A stretch of 64,000 nucleotides of DNA from Octopus vulgaris (GCA_951406725.2 OX597816.1:94798001-94862000), one strand, 5' to 3'; positions 40,706 through 54,869 are shown, counted from the stretch's first letter. The notes: generated by a model from the sequence alone, not told the origin. Numbers and translations: made by a program.

Positions 40706-43700
40706 AATCACAAATTTAGTACATGTTATAAGAATATCATATGTAAATGTTATAAGTAGTTATTAAGCTAAATCTATCACATGCTAAATTTATGTGTTAG
40801 ATTTGTAAAACAAACTAAATCTATCTGTAAAATGATGGAAATAACGAATGTTGAAAGACGATATCTAATGGATAAAAATGTTCTTAATCAGGATTACTGG
40901 TTATGCACTTCACATTTACTCTTAATATTATCAATACTTGAACAAAATCAAGGTTAAAAGAAATACTCTATTTATTGCTACTCTAGTTCATAATTAGCCA
41001 TATTGAAATTGTAATATATTTTTAGTGTAAGTTATTTCAAAAATGAATTGGAAAATTTTATTTTATATAATCTAATTGCAAATAAATGCTGAAGAGGGGA
41101 AATTAATTAAAGGTTTGACTGGTAAGTTGTGGCATAAGTGGATGCAAAGATCATGTCTTTATTAATGCAAAAGTGCTAAATACATATCTGATGATTTAAA
41201 ATAACGTTTTTTTTATTCTTACAACTATGTCTGCTAACATCCAAAATGTATAATCTTAGGCAAATAATTTAAAATAAAACATGATAGATATAATCAAGTT
41301 TGCAAGACTAAAAGGGTGATACTTTAATCTATATTAGCCAACATTTAATGAGAAAGTGAAAGGAATCCAAACTGCAGTTAGTTTTTTATTATTTTATAAC
41401 TATCTACAATTATTTTAGCTTATAAAATTCTCTCTATGGAATACTATTTCAATTAAAAAGATTAAACTATTGTTTTTTAGTTTATCTTAACTTGAAATGG
41501 ATTCCATTTCAAAAGAAAGTAGTTGAACTAAACAGAAATAAATCAACTTACTATCAGAAATATCTGATCTGTAGAATGAAAAGCATAAAAGATAATTTTA
41601 ACCAATCAAATTATGGAGTTTTATATTCTGATAAAAATAATTACATAGAATAAATGAGATGAATTGCATAACTAATATAGAATATTAACATTTAGAAAAG
41701 CCAGCATTTCTATGATAATTATATTATGACATAGTTTAATAAATTAATAACAGTTATTAAATAATATTAAACTTCAGTCATGCTTATATTTAATCAGAAT
41801 ATGAGTTGCTAGTGTAAATTAGATATATGCAACAGATTTGTAGAAATGAGAAAAAATGGTCTAGAGAAGTATGAAGAATACTAAATCTTATAATTTTAAC
41901 AAATGTGACTATAATCATAATGAAGCATTAAGATACTTTCCAAGAATTTAAAATTCTAACAATTCCTACAAACAACATTAAAGTTTTTTAAACTTGTATG
42001 GTCATTTACAGTTTACAGTGGGATTTCTGTAAATGTAATGAAAATAACATACAGTTATATAATTTAATTTACAATCATTAATATTATTCAGAACTGAAAA
42101 ATTTTAGTTTCAAAATATGAGATTTAAAAGTGTAGAAATAATAGACAGATAATAGATTCTTAGAGATTTCTGATTAAATATGAAATTTAAATTTACAAGA
42201 GCTAATGGAAAAAGTGAAATACACACAGTGCCAACAAGACCTAAAGACAAGATAATACAAAATCTAAAAACTTTCCCAAGGTAAACACTTTAAGAAACAC
42301 TTCCTAAGATACAGGAATCTACCACAAGAACCAACCAGACTAAAAACAAGATGTGGAAAATAGTAAAATAAATAATCCAATGTAAAGCTGTAAGCTGATA
42401 GGCTATAAATATATTACTTGATGTAAAAATTAAACCAAAACAAGACAGGGCTACATGACTGGGCAATAGAGAAAATCCATTCCATAGATATAAAACCTGA
42501 TATCAAAAGGCAGCTTCCAAGAAAGTGATATCCACTGATTTATCTCAGAAATGACAGCTTAAGATCAATGCAGACAGCATGGATGTATCATATATACAGG
42601 GTTTCCTCCCTCAAATTCATTATTGTCAACCTCAATTTCATTATCTTTAGTCTCAGTTACATTGTTGTCTATCTAAATTTAGTCGTTGTCAACTTAATTG
42701 TCATCACTGTGAGATGGAGCAAATTTCTTTATGAACAGACATTAATATCAGTGGTTATTTGTTGCAGGATTGTAAAAGAATGTAAACATAAAAATGTTTT
42801 GTAAAGGATTACGATTTCTGTACAATAAATAGTCACCCCTTTATATTATTGTAAATATATAGGCATTTAATACATTAGACTTATGTAAAACTCATACTAT
42901 ATCACACACACACAAATGACAAACAAAATCAATTTAATCTTTTATTTGTTACTCCTATTTCGTAACTGTTTTAGCATATTCCAAATTCAGCACAATCATT
43001 TTTAATAATAAACGTCAGCCCTGTGTCAATTAATACATATGTATATGTAGGTTGATTTAAGGATGTTGAACCTCATGTGGATGACAAAGGACCAGGATGA
43101 CTGATAATTATCAAGTTATCTCTCCTTCTCAACCATTAAACATCTCTCACTCTTCCCATGCACTGCCTGACACTACCCTTATCCTTAACCAACACATCCA
43201 CATGTCATCCCTCTTTCTCTCTCATCCTTTTACTGTTTATGTTATTATTCTTACTATTCTACTGCTCTTCACAACCTTCTATACTGTCACTTATCACATT
43301 CTCCTGCCTTCCCCTTCCAACTTATGCATCATTGATCACCCCTCACCATCTTTGTTCACCATTCACTACATCCAGGACTGGGAGTTGTGGCAATTTGCTG
43401 TACTTGAGAAGACAGGTCAAGCTAAGTAAAATCATTGTCATTCATACATACAGGCTTGTCCTTTACAAGTTCTGGACCTGTGCCAATGGCATGTAAAAAG
43501 CACCCAGCACACTGTAAAGTGGTTGGCATTAGAAAAGGTATCCAGCCATAGAAACCATGTCACAACAGACAATAGGAATCTGGGCAGCTCCCCGGCTGGT
43601 CAGATCCTGTCAAACTGTCCAACCCATGTCAGTATAGAAAGCAGTTATTAAATATAATGATGAACCAACCTCTTCGGACATCACCTATTCTTCCCAACTT

Positions 43701-44534
43701 TCCTTTGAATGTATATTTATCATCGTTCCTCATTCATTTTATTTGTCCCTTCACATAAACTCTATGAAGTAGCTGATATTAGGAAGGGTATTTAGCTGTA
43801 TAAGCCATAAAATCGACATTGGAATATTATGCAGTCCCTGGGTTCATCAGATCTTGTCATACCATCCAATCCATGTCAGCAGGGAAGACAGGCATAAAAA
43901 AATGAAGACATACACATAAGACACACAAGTTTTGTGATACAAACAGGAAAATACAACTCAAAACATGAGTATATACATTTACACACAAACATATATATAT
44001 ACGCACATATAAATATACATACACACACATATATACCCACAATATAATCACACCTACACTAACTACTCCCACACCAATACTCTTCCTCATTTGCATACCT
44101 CCATACATCCCAAGAAACCACCTGCAACACAACACATTCCTCCTCCTAAGCCCATTTTCTACACAATCTGTACATCACTTCTATCACCACACACACACAC
44201 ACTTCTCCAGCTGGTGTACCCATGTATTTTTTTTACTACAAAATATCTGTTCATGCCTCTCCTTTCTACTTTAGATAATATATGGCACAAAGCCACCGCC
44301 TTTAATACTGCACCCACATTGCGTCAAGGGGTCTTCTCTTGTTTATTATTTTGTGATCCCAGTAGAGCTGGCATCATCCAATATACTCTGTAAAGCAATT
44401 GTCATTAAGAAAGGCATCCAGCGATAGAAACTTTGCCTAAGCAGACACTAGAAACCAAAACCCACAGGGTAGGTAGATCCTGTCAAACCATGCCAGCATT
44501 AAAAGAGGATGATGATATACATACACACACATAT

Positions 44535-44700
44535 CCTTTGTGTTTTACTTGTTTCAGTCATTAAACTGCAGCCATGCTGGGGTACTGCCGAGAAGAATTA
44601 TTAGTCAAATGAATTGATCCCAGTACTTTTGTTTTTAATGTCTGCGACTTCCTCTATAGGTTTCTTTTGCTGAACCACCAAAGTATGGAGACAAAAGCAC
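44535..44700 (-). mobile_element. SINE 3' fragment
   Basis: ttttacttgtttcagtcatt..ctgcagccatgctgg is the reverse complement of the tail of the SINE at 36590. Confidence 0.7.
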
Positions 44701-45137
44701 ATACACACACATACATATAAATGTGTGTGTGAGTGTGTGTGTGTAAGGTACAAAGCCTGTTTTATGAAAAAAAGGGTAGTTCATATCAGATAAGACCTAG
44801 AAGAAACATGTGATCTGCTCAAAGTGCTTACTGAACAAACTCAAGCACTCCAAAAAATCTGACATGTTCTAGTTCTTTTCAGATGAGAAGTATGTAGTCC
44901 AAAATTACAATGCAAATAGAAGGAATGATAGATGACTCTGTACCAGCCACACTGAAGTGCTCACTGTGCATAAGCACACCAAATTCCCATTGTGTGTGAC
45001 GGCCTTGAGTGGGTGGGAGGGATCTTGTGGTTTCATGCCACTATGGTCTTCTGAATATCACAAAGATATGAAACTTGAGTCATGAAATAAAAGTTCAATT
45101 TTTGTGAACCATATTCTATGCAACATGCATATTGAGG

Positions 45138-45174
<37 letters not shown>

Positions 45175-48100
45175 GTTGGACAGGATTCAACATATATATA
45201 TACACATATATACATATACATTCATATTTATAAACATAAATACACACACACATAACATACTCTATACAAATACTGAGTTCTTTCTTATATTATTTCCTTT
45301 TTTGTAAACTGAAGAGTGTATATATCTTAATAAAAAGAATTTAATGAACTAAGGAAGCAAGTTCATGACATGAATTTAGATTAGGTAATGTTTAATGCAA
45401 TGAATGACACATTAAAATATTTTTTCTCAAGTGAAATTTCTCTGTAGTTGGAGATAGAAAACAAAGACCTAGTGGTAATAGCTAGTTTCAAATTATAAAT
45501 ATTTGTGTTACTAAATTTATAACAAGATTAAGGTAAAACTGGATCTTTGTTTGCAAACAAAGGACGATTATGGACAGGTTTTGGTCTCAATGGATTTCAT
45601 TAGCATAAGTATACTTGTATGAGTTATGATCAGTTTACAATAGGTTTTTGTAAGTAGAAAAGACATACAAAGGATTTTAGCCAGAATAATTTACATAAAG
45701 AAATATGTTTTATATATATTTTTTAACATGCAACTCATATTTGCTAAAAATACTTTTATACTTTTTCTTCTTGTAACTGATGAAACAAGGTCTAAGCAGC
45801 AGATAGTATTATGTTGATGAGTTTCAATGATAGCTGTCCCCTTGCTTGAAAACCAAAAAAAATCAGTTTTTTCCCCAAGCTTGCAAATTCATTACATGAA
45901 ACTAACTTTTAATTTCTTGAAATTATCTTCTTTTCTTTCTGTCACCAACAATTACTGTTCAGTTTTTGTTTTCTTTTGCCAAATGAGAAATTCCAAATAA
46001 TTGAGAAGTCTTTGCATTGCAAGTCATTCAGCGCATAATCTTGTTACTTATTTAATTATATCAGTGCCTACACAGAAGTGTATATACACACACACAAACT
46101 TATATATTCATTTATATAATTATACAAGGATATATATTAATTTTCTCTCTAATTAAATATACAAACATTTCATATATTTTTACCAAATTATAATATATTA
46201 ACAAAAGTAAGCATCATTGATGGTTACAATATAAAATTCATATTCTTCTGAGACAAAATTCAGAAGATTATTTGGGTTAAATTACTATATATTTACCAGA
46301 CTAGCTATGAAGGAGTGAAAAGCAGCCACTGATACATACAGCATGCAATTGATGATACAAAGATACAGAAAGAAAAAAAAAACGTACTCTACGGATCAAA
46401 TATACAACAGTAGATCCACATTAACAATACTAATTACCAAATGCAACAGTCCTAGATTATCAAGCACTCTAAGTTAGAAATATGAATATTCTAAAATATA
46501 CTAAGAACTAATTCAACAGCAATTTTTAAGACAACTAGCAAAATGGTATGGTTTGAATTATTTCTAAATATATAAAAAAAAACATTGAAATTTTACAAAT
46601 TTAATGTTAATGATTATGATTACTGAAACAATAGAGTAATAGCAATAGAAGCAATCAAATAGTATATAACCTGAGGGTTTACTCCATGTGTAGCATTTGG
46701 TGTACTTGGTGACAGGCAAATATTATTTAGATTTTCTATCCTCTGGAATTTTTTCCCTTCAATTTCCCAACAAGCATTCAACTGCTGAAGTTCAAACTGA
46801 ACATTAACAGCATCAATCCCACCAATCTCAGTGCATAGCAAGGTCCTTGAATCTTATTTCTCAGACAATAGCCAAAGTTACAACTTCCTCTGGACAAATG
46901 TTTTTACATATTTAATACATTTGAACCATGAATAATACTCATTTCTCAAAAGGATTTTGATAAATCATAAGAAAACAAGTAACTGATTTTATACATTCCA
47001 ACTGGAGAAAATCGAATCATCATCATCATTAGTTTAATACTTGTTTTACTATAATATCATAGGTAAGATTAATTTGCAACACAGCATCAAGATTAATTGC
47101 TTTTAATGTCATCTGGAGTGAATTGACATAATTTAGTTGCGAGCCATTTTTGTTGTAACTTAGATTGACTAACTTCTCTCTGTCCATAACCTAGCATACA
47201 CTCATTTTAAATGTTATGTAATAAGCTATCAAACAAAATAAAAAAAAATCATTACTGCATCAACCAATATTTAATTTTATTACTAATAACTAACTTAGAG
47301 TGTATTGACCCATTTTTTAGCTGAATAAATACAAGTTAAGCTGTCTGTACACGCAGCAGCTATTGGCTCAAATGCATTGGGTCCTGATTAGCCTTGTTAC
47401 AATAACCACTGACAAGTATTACTTTGCAATTTTTCCCCTAATGCATCTCTTTTCCTTAGCAGGATTTAATAATTATAGTGTTCTAGTTTCCACATCACTT
47501 GATGATAGGATGATTGAACAAAATTATAGCAGACTCTGATAATATAACTTTAAAGTTCAGGTTTAGAAGTGGTGTGAGTAGATACCAGGATCTCTGTTTG
47601 ATATCTGTGAAAAGTATGGATTAGCAAGTGGTGGAAAAATTTACTTTAAGAAATAATTTCTAAGGAAAAATTGACAAAAATTAAAGTCATGTAATTATTT
47701 GGGTAGTTTTTGGAAACTATTCTGAGAAGACATTTTACTCAAATGTACCAATTATTTTTACAATTTTGAGTAATATTACATTCAACAGTTTTAAAATTAT
47801 CACAAGATAAAATTTAACTAACTTTGCCAATCTAACTGCTGACTAGTTAATTCCTCAATCTAATAAGGGTATACTTGGTGATAAGTGATTAAATGGTGAG
47901 CCACAAATATGTAGATTACAAGTTTATAGGTTCCAGATTTATCATAGAAAAAATATTTTGCCTTTAGATTATATCATTTACTCCAGATACTAAAAAGTGA
48001 TTTTTAATACAACTTCAGGTTATGAACAAACAAAAGGCACAAATAGAAGTATTCAAACTAGTTCACAAGAATGATAAGATCTAGAAGGATGAAAAATTAA

Positions 48101-51100
48101 TACAAAAAGTAACACAGGAATTTGAAACCTAAAAGAAATATTGTTTCAAGATGATGTCTGGAAATGTTTTTAAGTATAGGAACATGTGTATATCAGTCAG
48201 TAGGAAGGAATGAAGTTGATACAATGCTATTGAGAAAAAGCAGCCAAAAGATACAGATGATTTGACAGCTAAAGCAGATGGTTAAAAAAATTTGACAAGT
48301 CAAATGTACAAATATACCACTGCATACAGACAGTTTCATTAAGACAGGAGAACTATAATGTGTTGAATGAGGTGCAAGCATCAATGTCAGAGTTAAACTT
48401 ATGCTTAAATTTGAGTAATTCTAACTGAGCACAGGGGTTAGTAGAGTTTAATTAAACAAGAAGAGACTTGAAAAAAGTTGAATGTATGAGCTGAAAAATC
48501 AGTCAGTTATTAGATTTTTATGACCTTTTGTCCAGAATTAGCAAGAATATTTCTGCAACGACAAACAGTATGTCATTGGTTAAATGCATGTGAGAACTAA
48601 AGGAGAGAGACTAATGAACACGTTCATTATTGTTTTAATGACAAAATTGTTAAAGGAAACTACTGTAGAGTAAATGTGTATACAATTAACAGTGAATAAT
48701 TTCAGGGATTTCATTAAAACAACAATTTTGATAAGAGATTTATAAAGCTTAGAGTAGATACTCTAATTTTCATAACTTTTAGTTTTATCTTATCAAAATA
48801 AATAGAGCACTAATGTGACTGTTGCTATGCAAAAACACCAAAAAATTTTCCTTCACAAAAATAAGATATTAAAGTACCAGTCTACACTGTGGAAGAGAGC
48901 CAAACCAAGTTAACAATAAATTTAAGCCCAAAATCCTTAAGGACAAAATTTCAAGAATGTTCTGCTAAGAATAGTAAAAACATTTTCCTCCTGATTTAAA
49001 AAAAAGTTAAGTCATTCCTACAATGATGAATATCTTTATAAAAACAGAGACTTACTTAACAATCTAAATCAGAGACTGATTTAAACAATCTAAACCCACA
49101 GAGACTCATAATTCCAATCATATTACAAATTATTTCATTTGCAGATTATTATATTAGACACCAGTAAATAAGTTGATAGAATATATTGGGGATATGTTAT
49201 AAAAGTACACAACAAAAGGAATCCAGTCATTGACAATTACATAAAACTATGCAAAACCTTGAAAACATTCAAGAGAAGAGTTTCATAGTTTTTGAATAGT
49301 ACTATAAAATTTGCCCAAACAGTAATAAGATGCTTCATTGTTATGCTTGTTTTACTTCAGCATGTCAATAATAAATTGTTGCATCTTAGACACAATAGCC
49401 TGAATATGTTAGCTTAGCCACCTGACTTTTCTGCTAATCATGTATTGAAGTACATGATTTATTTTACTTTACCAAACAGTTGCAATCTAGAATTTTCTCC
49501 TAAAAGCATTATTAAAAAATTAAAACTTGTAAATTCTCTGGATTTTTTCCAGCAAATAATATTTTTGTCTTTCCTAACAGTAGCATATAAATTATAAATA
49601 TAGAATATTTAAATTTAAAATTTTCTTAAGAAAGTTATTGAATGTTTTCCTATCTTGTTTAATTTGATTTCTAAAAAAAAAAAGGAAATTTTAAACATCT
49701 CAATAACTATAAAGAAAAAAAATTGTTTAAAATATAGTCAAATTTAACATTCATTAAGAGATAACACTGAAGATTGATTTTCAATAAAAATGAATAAGTG
49801 GAAATGAGAGCTGGTGAGATAACAAATAATAAGAACAATAAAAGAAAATAAGAAAGAAATGAAACATCACTATCTACCTTATGTATAATATTACTACTAT
49901 TTAAAGTTAATATTTCACAGTTGTTTTAATGCAAACTTTCATCAGGTCATCTGTTTCAAGGAATCTTTTCAAATAGGAACTTCCAGCTCCACTATGTGTA
50001 ACAGATACACCCACCTTTACTTCTTCATAAAAGCCAAATGGTAAAAAAAAAGTTGGCTTCTATAAAGATATACTTATCAAGTTGAAAATATTATGCCAAT
50101 GGCTAAACCTTTTCAACTGATAAATGCTTTGAGAGTGAAGGTATTCCACAGCTATATTAAACATTTGTTGCCAGTGATTTTAAAATGTATATATTAATAC
50201 TTGTTTATGATTGAATTTAGAAAGATATTCAGAACAATAATGTGTGAATTTTGCATTATCTTCAAACATAACAAGTACTAATTAAATAAAAGATACCTTT
50301 TTCACAAAGAAAGAATCCATTAAAATTTACTTAATGATTTTTCATAATAATATAGGTAAAGAGTTCTAGAAATATTAATGTACAGCTTACCTAATTAGCC
50401 AATTCTCTTAAATTAAAATGGTTATTTCATATTTAAGTGGAAGGAAAATCTTGATTCATATTTATTCTGTTTATATAATTTGCAAATAACTAAAGATTTT
50501 TATATATTTTGTTAAATTTTGCAAAGAAATTTTAAAATAATTTTACAGTGCTATATCTAAGCATTTCCCCCAAACTCTTTAAAGAAACTGCATTAAATAA
50601 TTAAAACATTTTCTCTCTAACAATTAAAGCAAAGCTTCAAACACTACAGACATTATACTTATGAAATATTTTTGATATCTGTTCTTAATTTATAAAATAT
50701 ATGTATTAATCAAAACATCCTATTTTCGTAGATTTAAAATCATGTAATGAGGAAAGGATTTTATTTCATAGTCATTAGTAAAAATATCATAGTTTAAAGA
50801 AATTAGATAATAACAAAAATCTTTAAACTGATGATTCACAACTAAAATGGTGAACTTAAAGATAATTATGTTATGAAATTCACAAGTTTAATGGTTTATA
50901 TATATAGCATAAAATTTTCATTTAGCCTAAAGCAGAATAAATTTTAAATACTACACAATGAAGAAAGGTTATCTTCAATTAAGGTACCTTTTCTCATATT
51001 ATATTAAGTTTGCATCATAAATTCAATTTAATAAATGAATAATGTCATGCAAATACATTCATCAATACTCCTAATATATCAAAACAATATTAACATTTTT

Positions 51101-51250
51101 AACCAATAATCTATTCACTAAAATAATTTACTTATATGATGAAGAGCTTTGCTTTAGTATCTATGTATAAGTGACCTTCAGGCATAATTTAGTGCTTAAA
51201 AGCTGCCTACAAGCATTCTAGAGCAAGTAAAACAGTAGCATGCCGCATAC

Positions 51251-51359
51251 CAAGGGCAGCCACCATGTGCTCCTCATGCAAGCTTCTGGCCTCAGGATTT
51301 TTGGGTGAGTCCTCACCTTTCGATGAAAGGCTTTCTCTGCTTCCATAGGGGGATGAAAT
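51251..51359 (-). CDS. MADD: MADD exon: ISSPYGSRESLSSKGEDSPKNPEARSLHEEHMVAAL (alternative in-frame donor at 51317)
   Basis: ttgcag acceptor, donors gtatgc (51250) and gtgagg (51316), phase 0->1. Confidence 0.85.
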
Positions 51360-51941
51360 CTGCAAGGAAAAACAAAAAAATATATTATTGGAAAGTTAAT
51401 ATAGACCAATATTAATTTATGATAAGAAAACTTCTTATTAAAAATGCTGTAGCACTAAAGGCAGTAAGATATGAAATAAGAAAGAATTAGCTCCTATTTC
51501 TTATAGATGAATCAACAGCATAGAGGCTTGTTCATCTAGAGACTGTCATTGTCTTAGATACATGTTAACTTGTAAATAACAAAAATAAATAAAAATTAAT
51601 GAGTAAATTCAGTAGTGCATGTTTTTAATAAATAATTAATATGACTTGCACAAAATGCAAAAGTGTCTATTGCAACACATAATTTCAGATCAAGTTGATA
51701 TACCAGAGAGATACTAATATAATTTTTTTTAAATCAGCAAGTCCAAAATATAGAATGAAAAGTTTTTAAAGGAAATCATTTTCCTAAAATTCCAGGAGAA
51801 ATGAAAATTATTAATAATTGTGTTAAGAGTAAAAAATAAAAATAATGAGGAAAAAGAGTAGAGAATATTTAGGTAGATATAAGTCAAGCAAGATTATATA
51901 TGCAATAAGTAGCCATTAAAAATGAGATGTATTCACGAAAA

Positions 51942-51973
<32 letters not shown>

Positions 51974-52406
51974 TAATATGAAATTGTTCTTATTGAGCAG
52001 CTTTGGTCAGCTGTGCTTATACAGACCCATATTACATGAAGAAATGCTTGAAAACAGATCATACAACTAACTTTTTTATATGTTAAACTACTTCAGTATG
52101 ACCTGAAGTAGTAAGCAGCTCAATGACAGAGTATGTTGTATTACATTTAATGTCCAGAAATAATTATTGTGTTAAATAACAATCACCGTGAGCTAATGAC
52201 AGAAGATATCTGTCATAAAGGTATGAAAAACAATGCTTGTGAAGATATAGTTAGATGAGACAATCCCCAAAGTTCAAGATTCAGCCACATAACTGGTTGT
52301 TGTTAAAATATTCATATATGATATGTAAAATGATTTTTGAAATTGAGAAATGAAATATATATACTTATAAAAATGGAATATAACATTTTAGTAGAATATA
52401 ACTTAC

Positions 52407-52604
52407 CTCAGGTGTGACACTAGCTTCACTTTTATTGCTGTTATTGCCAACTTCTTTCAACCAATAATGTGTGTGTAATATTTCGAGCACCATAAATGCA
52501 CTAGCCATACCACCAAGTCCATAGTTTGTATATGTATATTCTAAACCATGGACCATAGCTCTCAATACAGTCAACATGCCTTTAAATACTTGACGATTTA
52601 CACA
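52407..52604 (-). CDS. MADD: MADD exon: [48 protein letters not shown]...TPE
   Basis: AG/GT flanks, phase 0->0. Conserved GLGGMAS.F..LEI..THY motif. Confidence 0.97.
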
Positions 52605-53548
52605 CTAGAAGAAACAAAACATATGTTTATGGAGATGAAAAGTGAATAATACAGTTGTATACACATTTAGGTGGTATATACATAACCATCTTTGGAGAAA
52701 ATTGCAATACTTTTAAAATGATACCATGTTTAGTGTTTTTTTCAAGAAAGTAATTCACTAAAAGGTGCAATAAATTGACTGCACCTTCTCCAACCTCACT
52801 GCATCATAAACTGCACACAGAGGAGAATAGATGTCATTTGGAGGGCCACTTCTGTCGGCTCTCTTTAATGTCAATAGCAATACCCAAGAAATTCTTAATC
52901 GTGTAACCCAATGCTTGCAGACTGCTCCACTGACTACTTCTCAAACTGAGTGAGGTGTTATCATACACAAGGAAACGTGTCTTATTGTCAATCTGGAAAC
53001 TTTCACTCCACTAGAAACCCAAGTACTTTCAAATTTCTAAGATTCTACTCCTTTTGCAAATTCATCACGTGTTAATCAGATATTTGGAAGTAAAACCTAG
53101 AATCAAGAAGCCTTAAAGAAAACCTAGCGAAGATGAAATTTAGTTAATAGGAAAGATGGTAGGACTCTACAGTACCATTTGGAGAGTTACCATGCTTGGT
53201 ATGTTGAATAAAATAGGTAGGCTCTCTGTATTGCACCAATACAAACTATGTGCACAAGAGATGCAGTAGCACCACAGGCAGGCTGACAGTGAAGAAAGAT
53301 TTTTATACATAGCAGGTGCACAGGAGTAGTTAGTAGTCACAGCATTAGTAAAATAAATTCTTTCATATGCTTAGCAGGCTCTCTAAAATATAGTTAATAG
53401 CTTCTGTCATTTAGGTGATCTATGTTCTGAAAGCATAATGTAGTGATGATGATGAAAGACATATAGCATAATAACAGCAATACAATTTTGTAAAAATTAC
53501 ATACTTGCTGCAAAATGTGAAAAAAAAAAAAAAAGCCAGGAAACTTAC

Positions 53549-53735
53549 AACATCTTCAATATGCTGGGAGTCATCAGTTAGTTTTTTATCTAGGTTCTTG
53601 TTCAGCCGACTAACAACAAAATTACGATAATTTTCATCTTCCATTAATTTCTTGAGGCGATTGATTTTCAACCAACTTACGCCATGTCCTTCCACAACAG
53701 AACTTATAATTTCTTTCAAGAAAGATTGGTTTTCA
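53549..53735 (-). CDS. MADD: MADD exon: SENQSFLKEIISSVVEGHGVSWLKINRLKKLMEDENYRNFVVSRLN...IEDV
   Basis: AG/GT flanks, phase 2->0. Strong similarity to MADD [23 protein letters not shown]. Confidence 0.97.
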
Positions 53736-54476
53736 CTAGATTCAAAATAAAAAAGAAAATAGTTAATACTTAAATTAATAAAAAAGATCAATACAAATTC
53801 ATCAATTTTATAAAATATGTAACTTAAGGAATTTAAAAAAAAATTATATTTTCATTATTTTCACTGCATTCATTTCTTTTTGAAGGTTCTCCACCAAAAT
53901 TGAAAATTAAAAGTAATTCCTGAAATATCAACAATAATCTTTGTAATCCCAGTTGTGTCTTTAAAACTAACTTGAAGTGACTTTGATGTTGTAAATGTTT
54001 TTACTATTTTGGATAGATTACCTCAGGACAACATTACACTGTATTCTTGTTTTTGCTTTCCTTTTTTATTATACAGACCATCTATATTTACAACAAATAT
54101 CCATAAAGAAGGTAGTAATTCTACATCTGATTACCTGGCAAATAATATACAGAAAGAGTATTATACCTATAGCCCACAATAAGTATAATACTAATTTTAT
54201 ATATAACCAAACAAGTGGTAAGTGCTGATATTCTGTCAATAGTTCAGAACAGCTAGAAGCGAGTTAAAGAATAATTCCATACAAAGATGTGAGGTGAGCA
54301 TATATGGGCAAATATCTGTTTCATATAATATTGAGAAAGCAGGTTTTGAAAAAAATTGATTGCTCAGCAAAAGAGACATGACTGCATCATGTTCATTGGT
54401 TTTAAACAATTTCTGTGAACTGATGCTAGGGGACTGACAAAGGAAAGAGTTGGAAAATTGTATAGTATAATAATTT

Positions 54477-54768
54477 AAACAATTGCAGCGTGGAAGGTGT
54501 TTATAAGCCATGTAAGAAACACACAAAAACCGTTAGATTCACTTCAACATTTAAATTTAATTTACCAAAATATTTTCATCGCTTTGAGACCATGACTTGT
54601 TCACTGACAAATTTCTGTGCTGTATCACGGAATTTTGTCAATGAACAGGTCGCGGTCTCAAAGCGACGAAAATATTTTGGCAAATTAAATTTAAATGTTG
54701 AAGCAAATCTAATGGTTTTTGTGTGTTTCTTAAATGGCTTATAAACACCTTCCACACTGTAATTGTTT
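54477..54768. repeat. Long imperfect palindrome (~140-bp arms), foldback/MITE-like
   Basis: The left arm is the reverse complement of the right arm around ~54622, with scattered transitions. Confidence 0.92.
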
Positions 54769-54869
54769 TTGTTCCAGCACATGATCTCAGATCAGGTCAC
54801 TTGCTATGCAAGTACATCTCTGTAATAATAATTTAAATCTGATTGAAAAGATGATAAAACTGTACTTAC

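Noticed and set aside
48317-48351. Possible 35-nt exon (ttatag..gtatat)
   Set aside because: Has a stop in the phase needed after exon 51251, and weak splice sites.
54490-54782. Mirror-image ORFs on both strands (EGVYKP..KKHTKT)
   Set aside because: Artefact of the palindrome, with no coding evidence.
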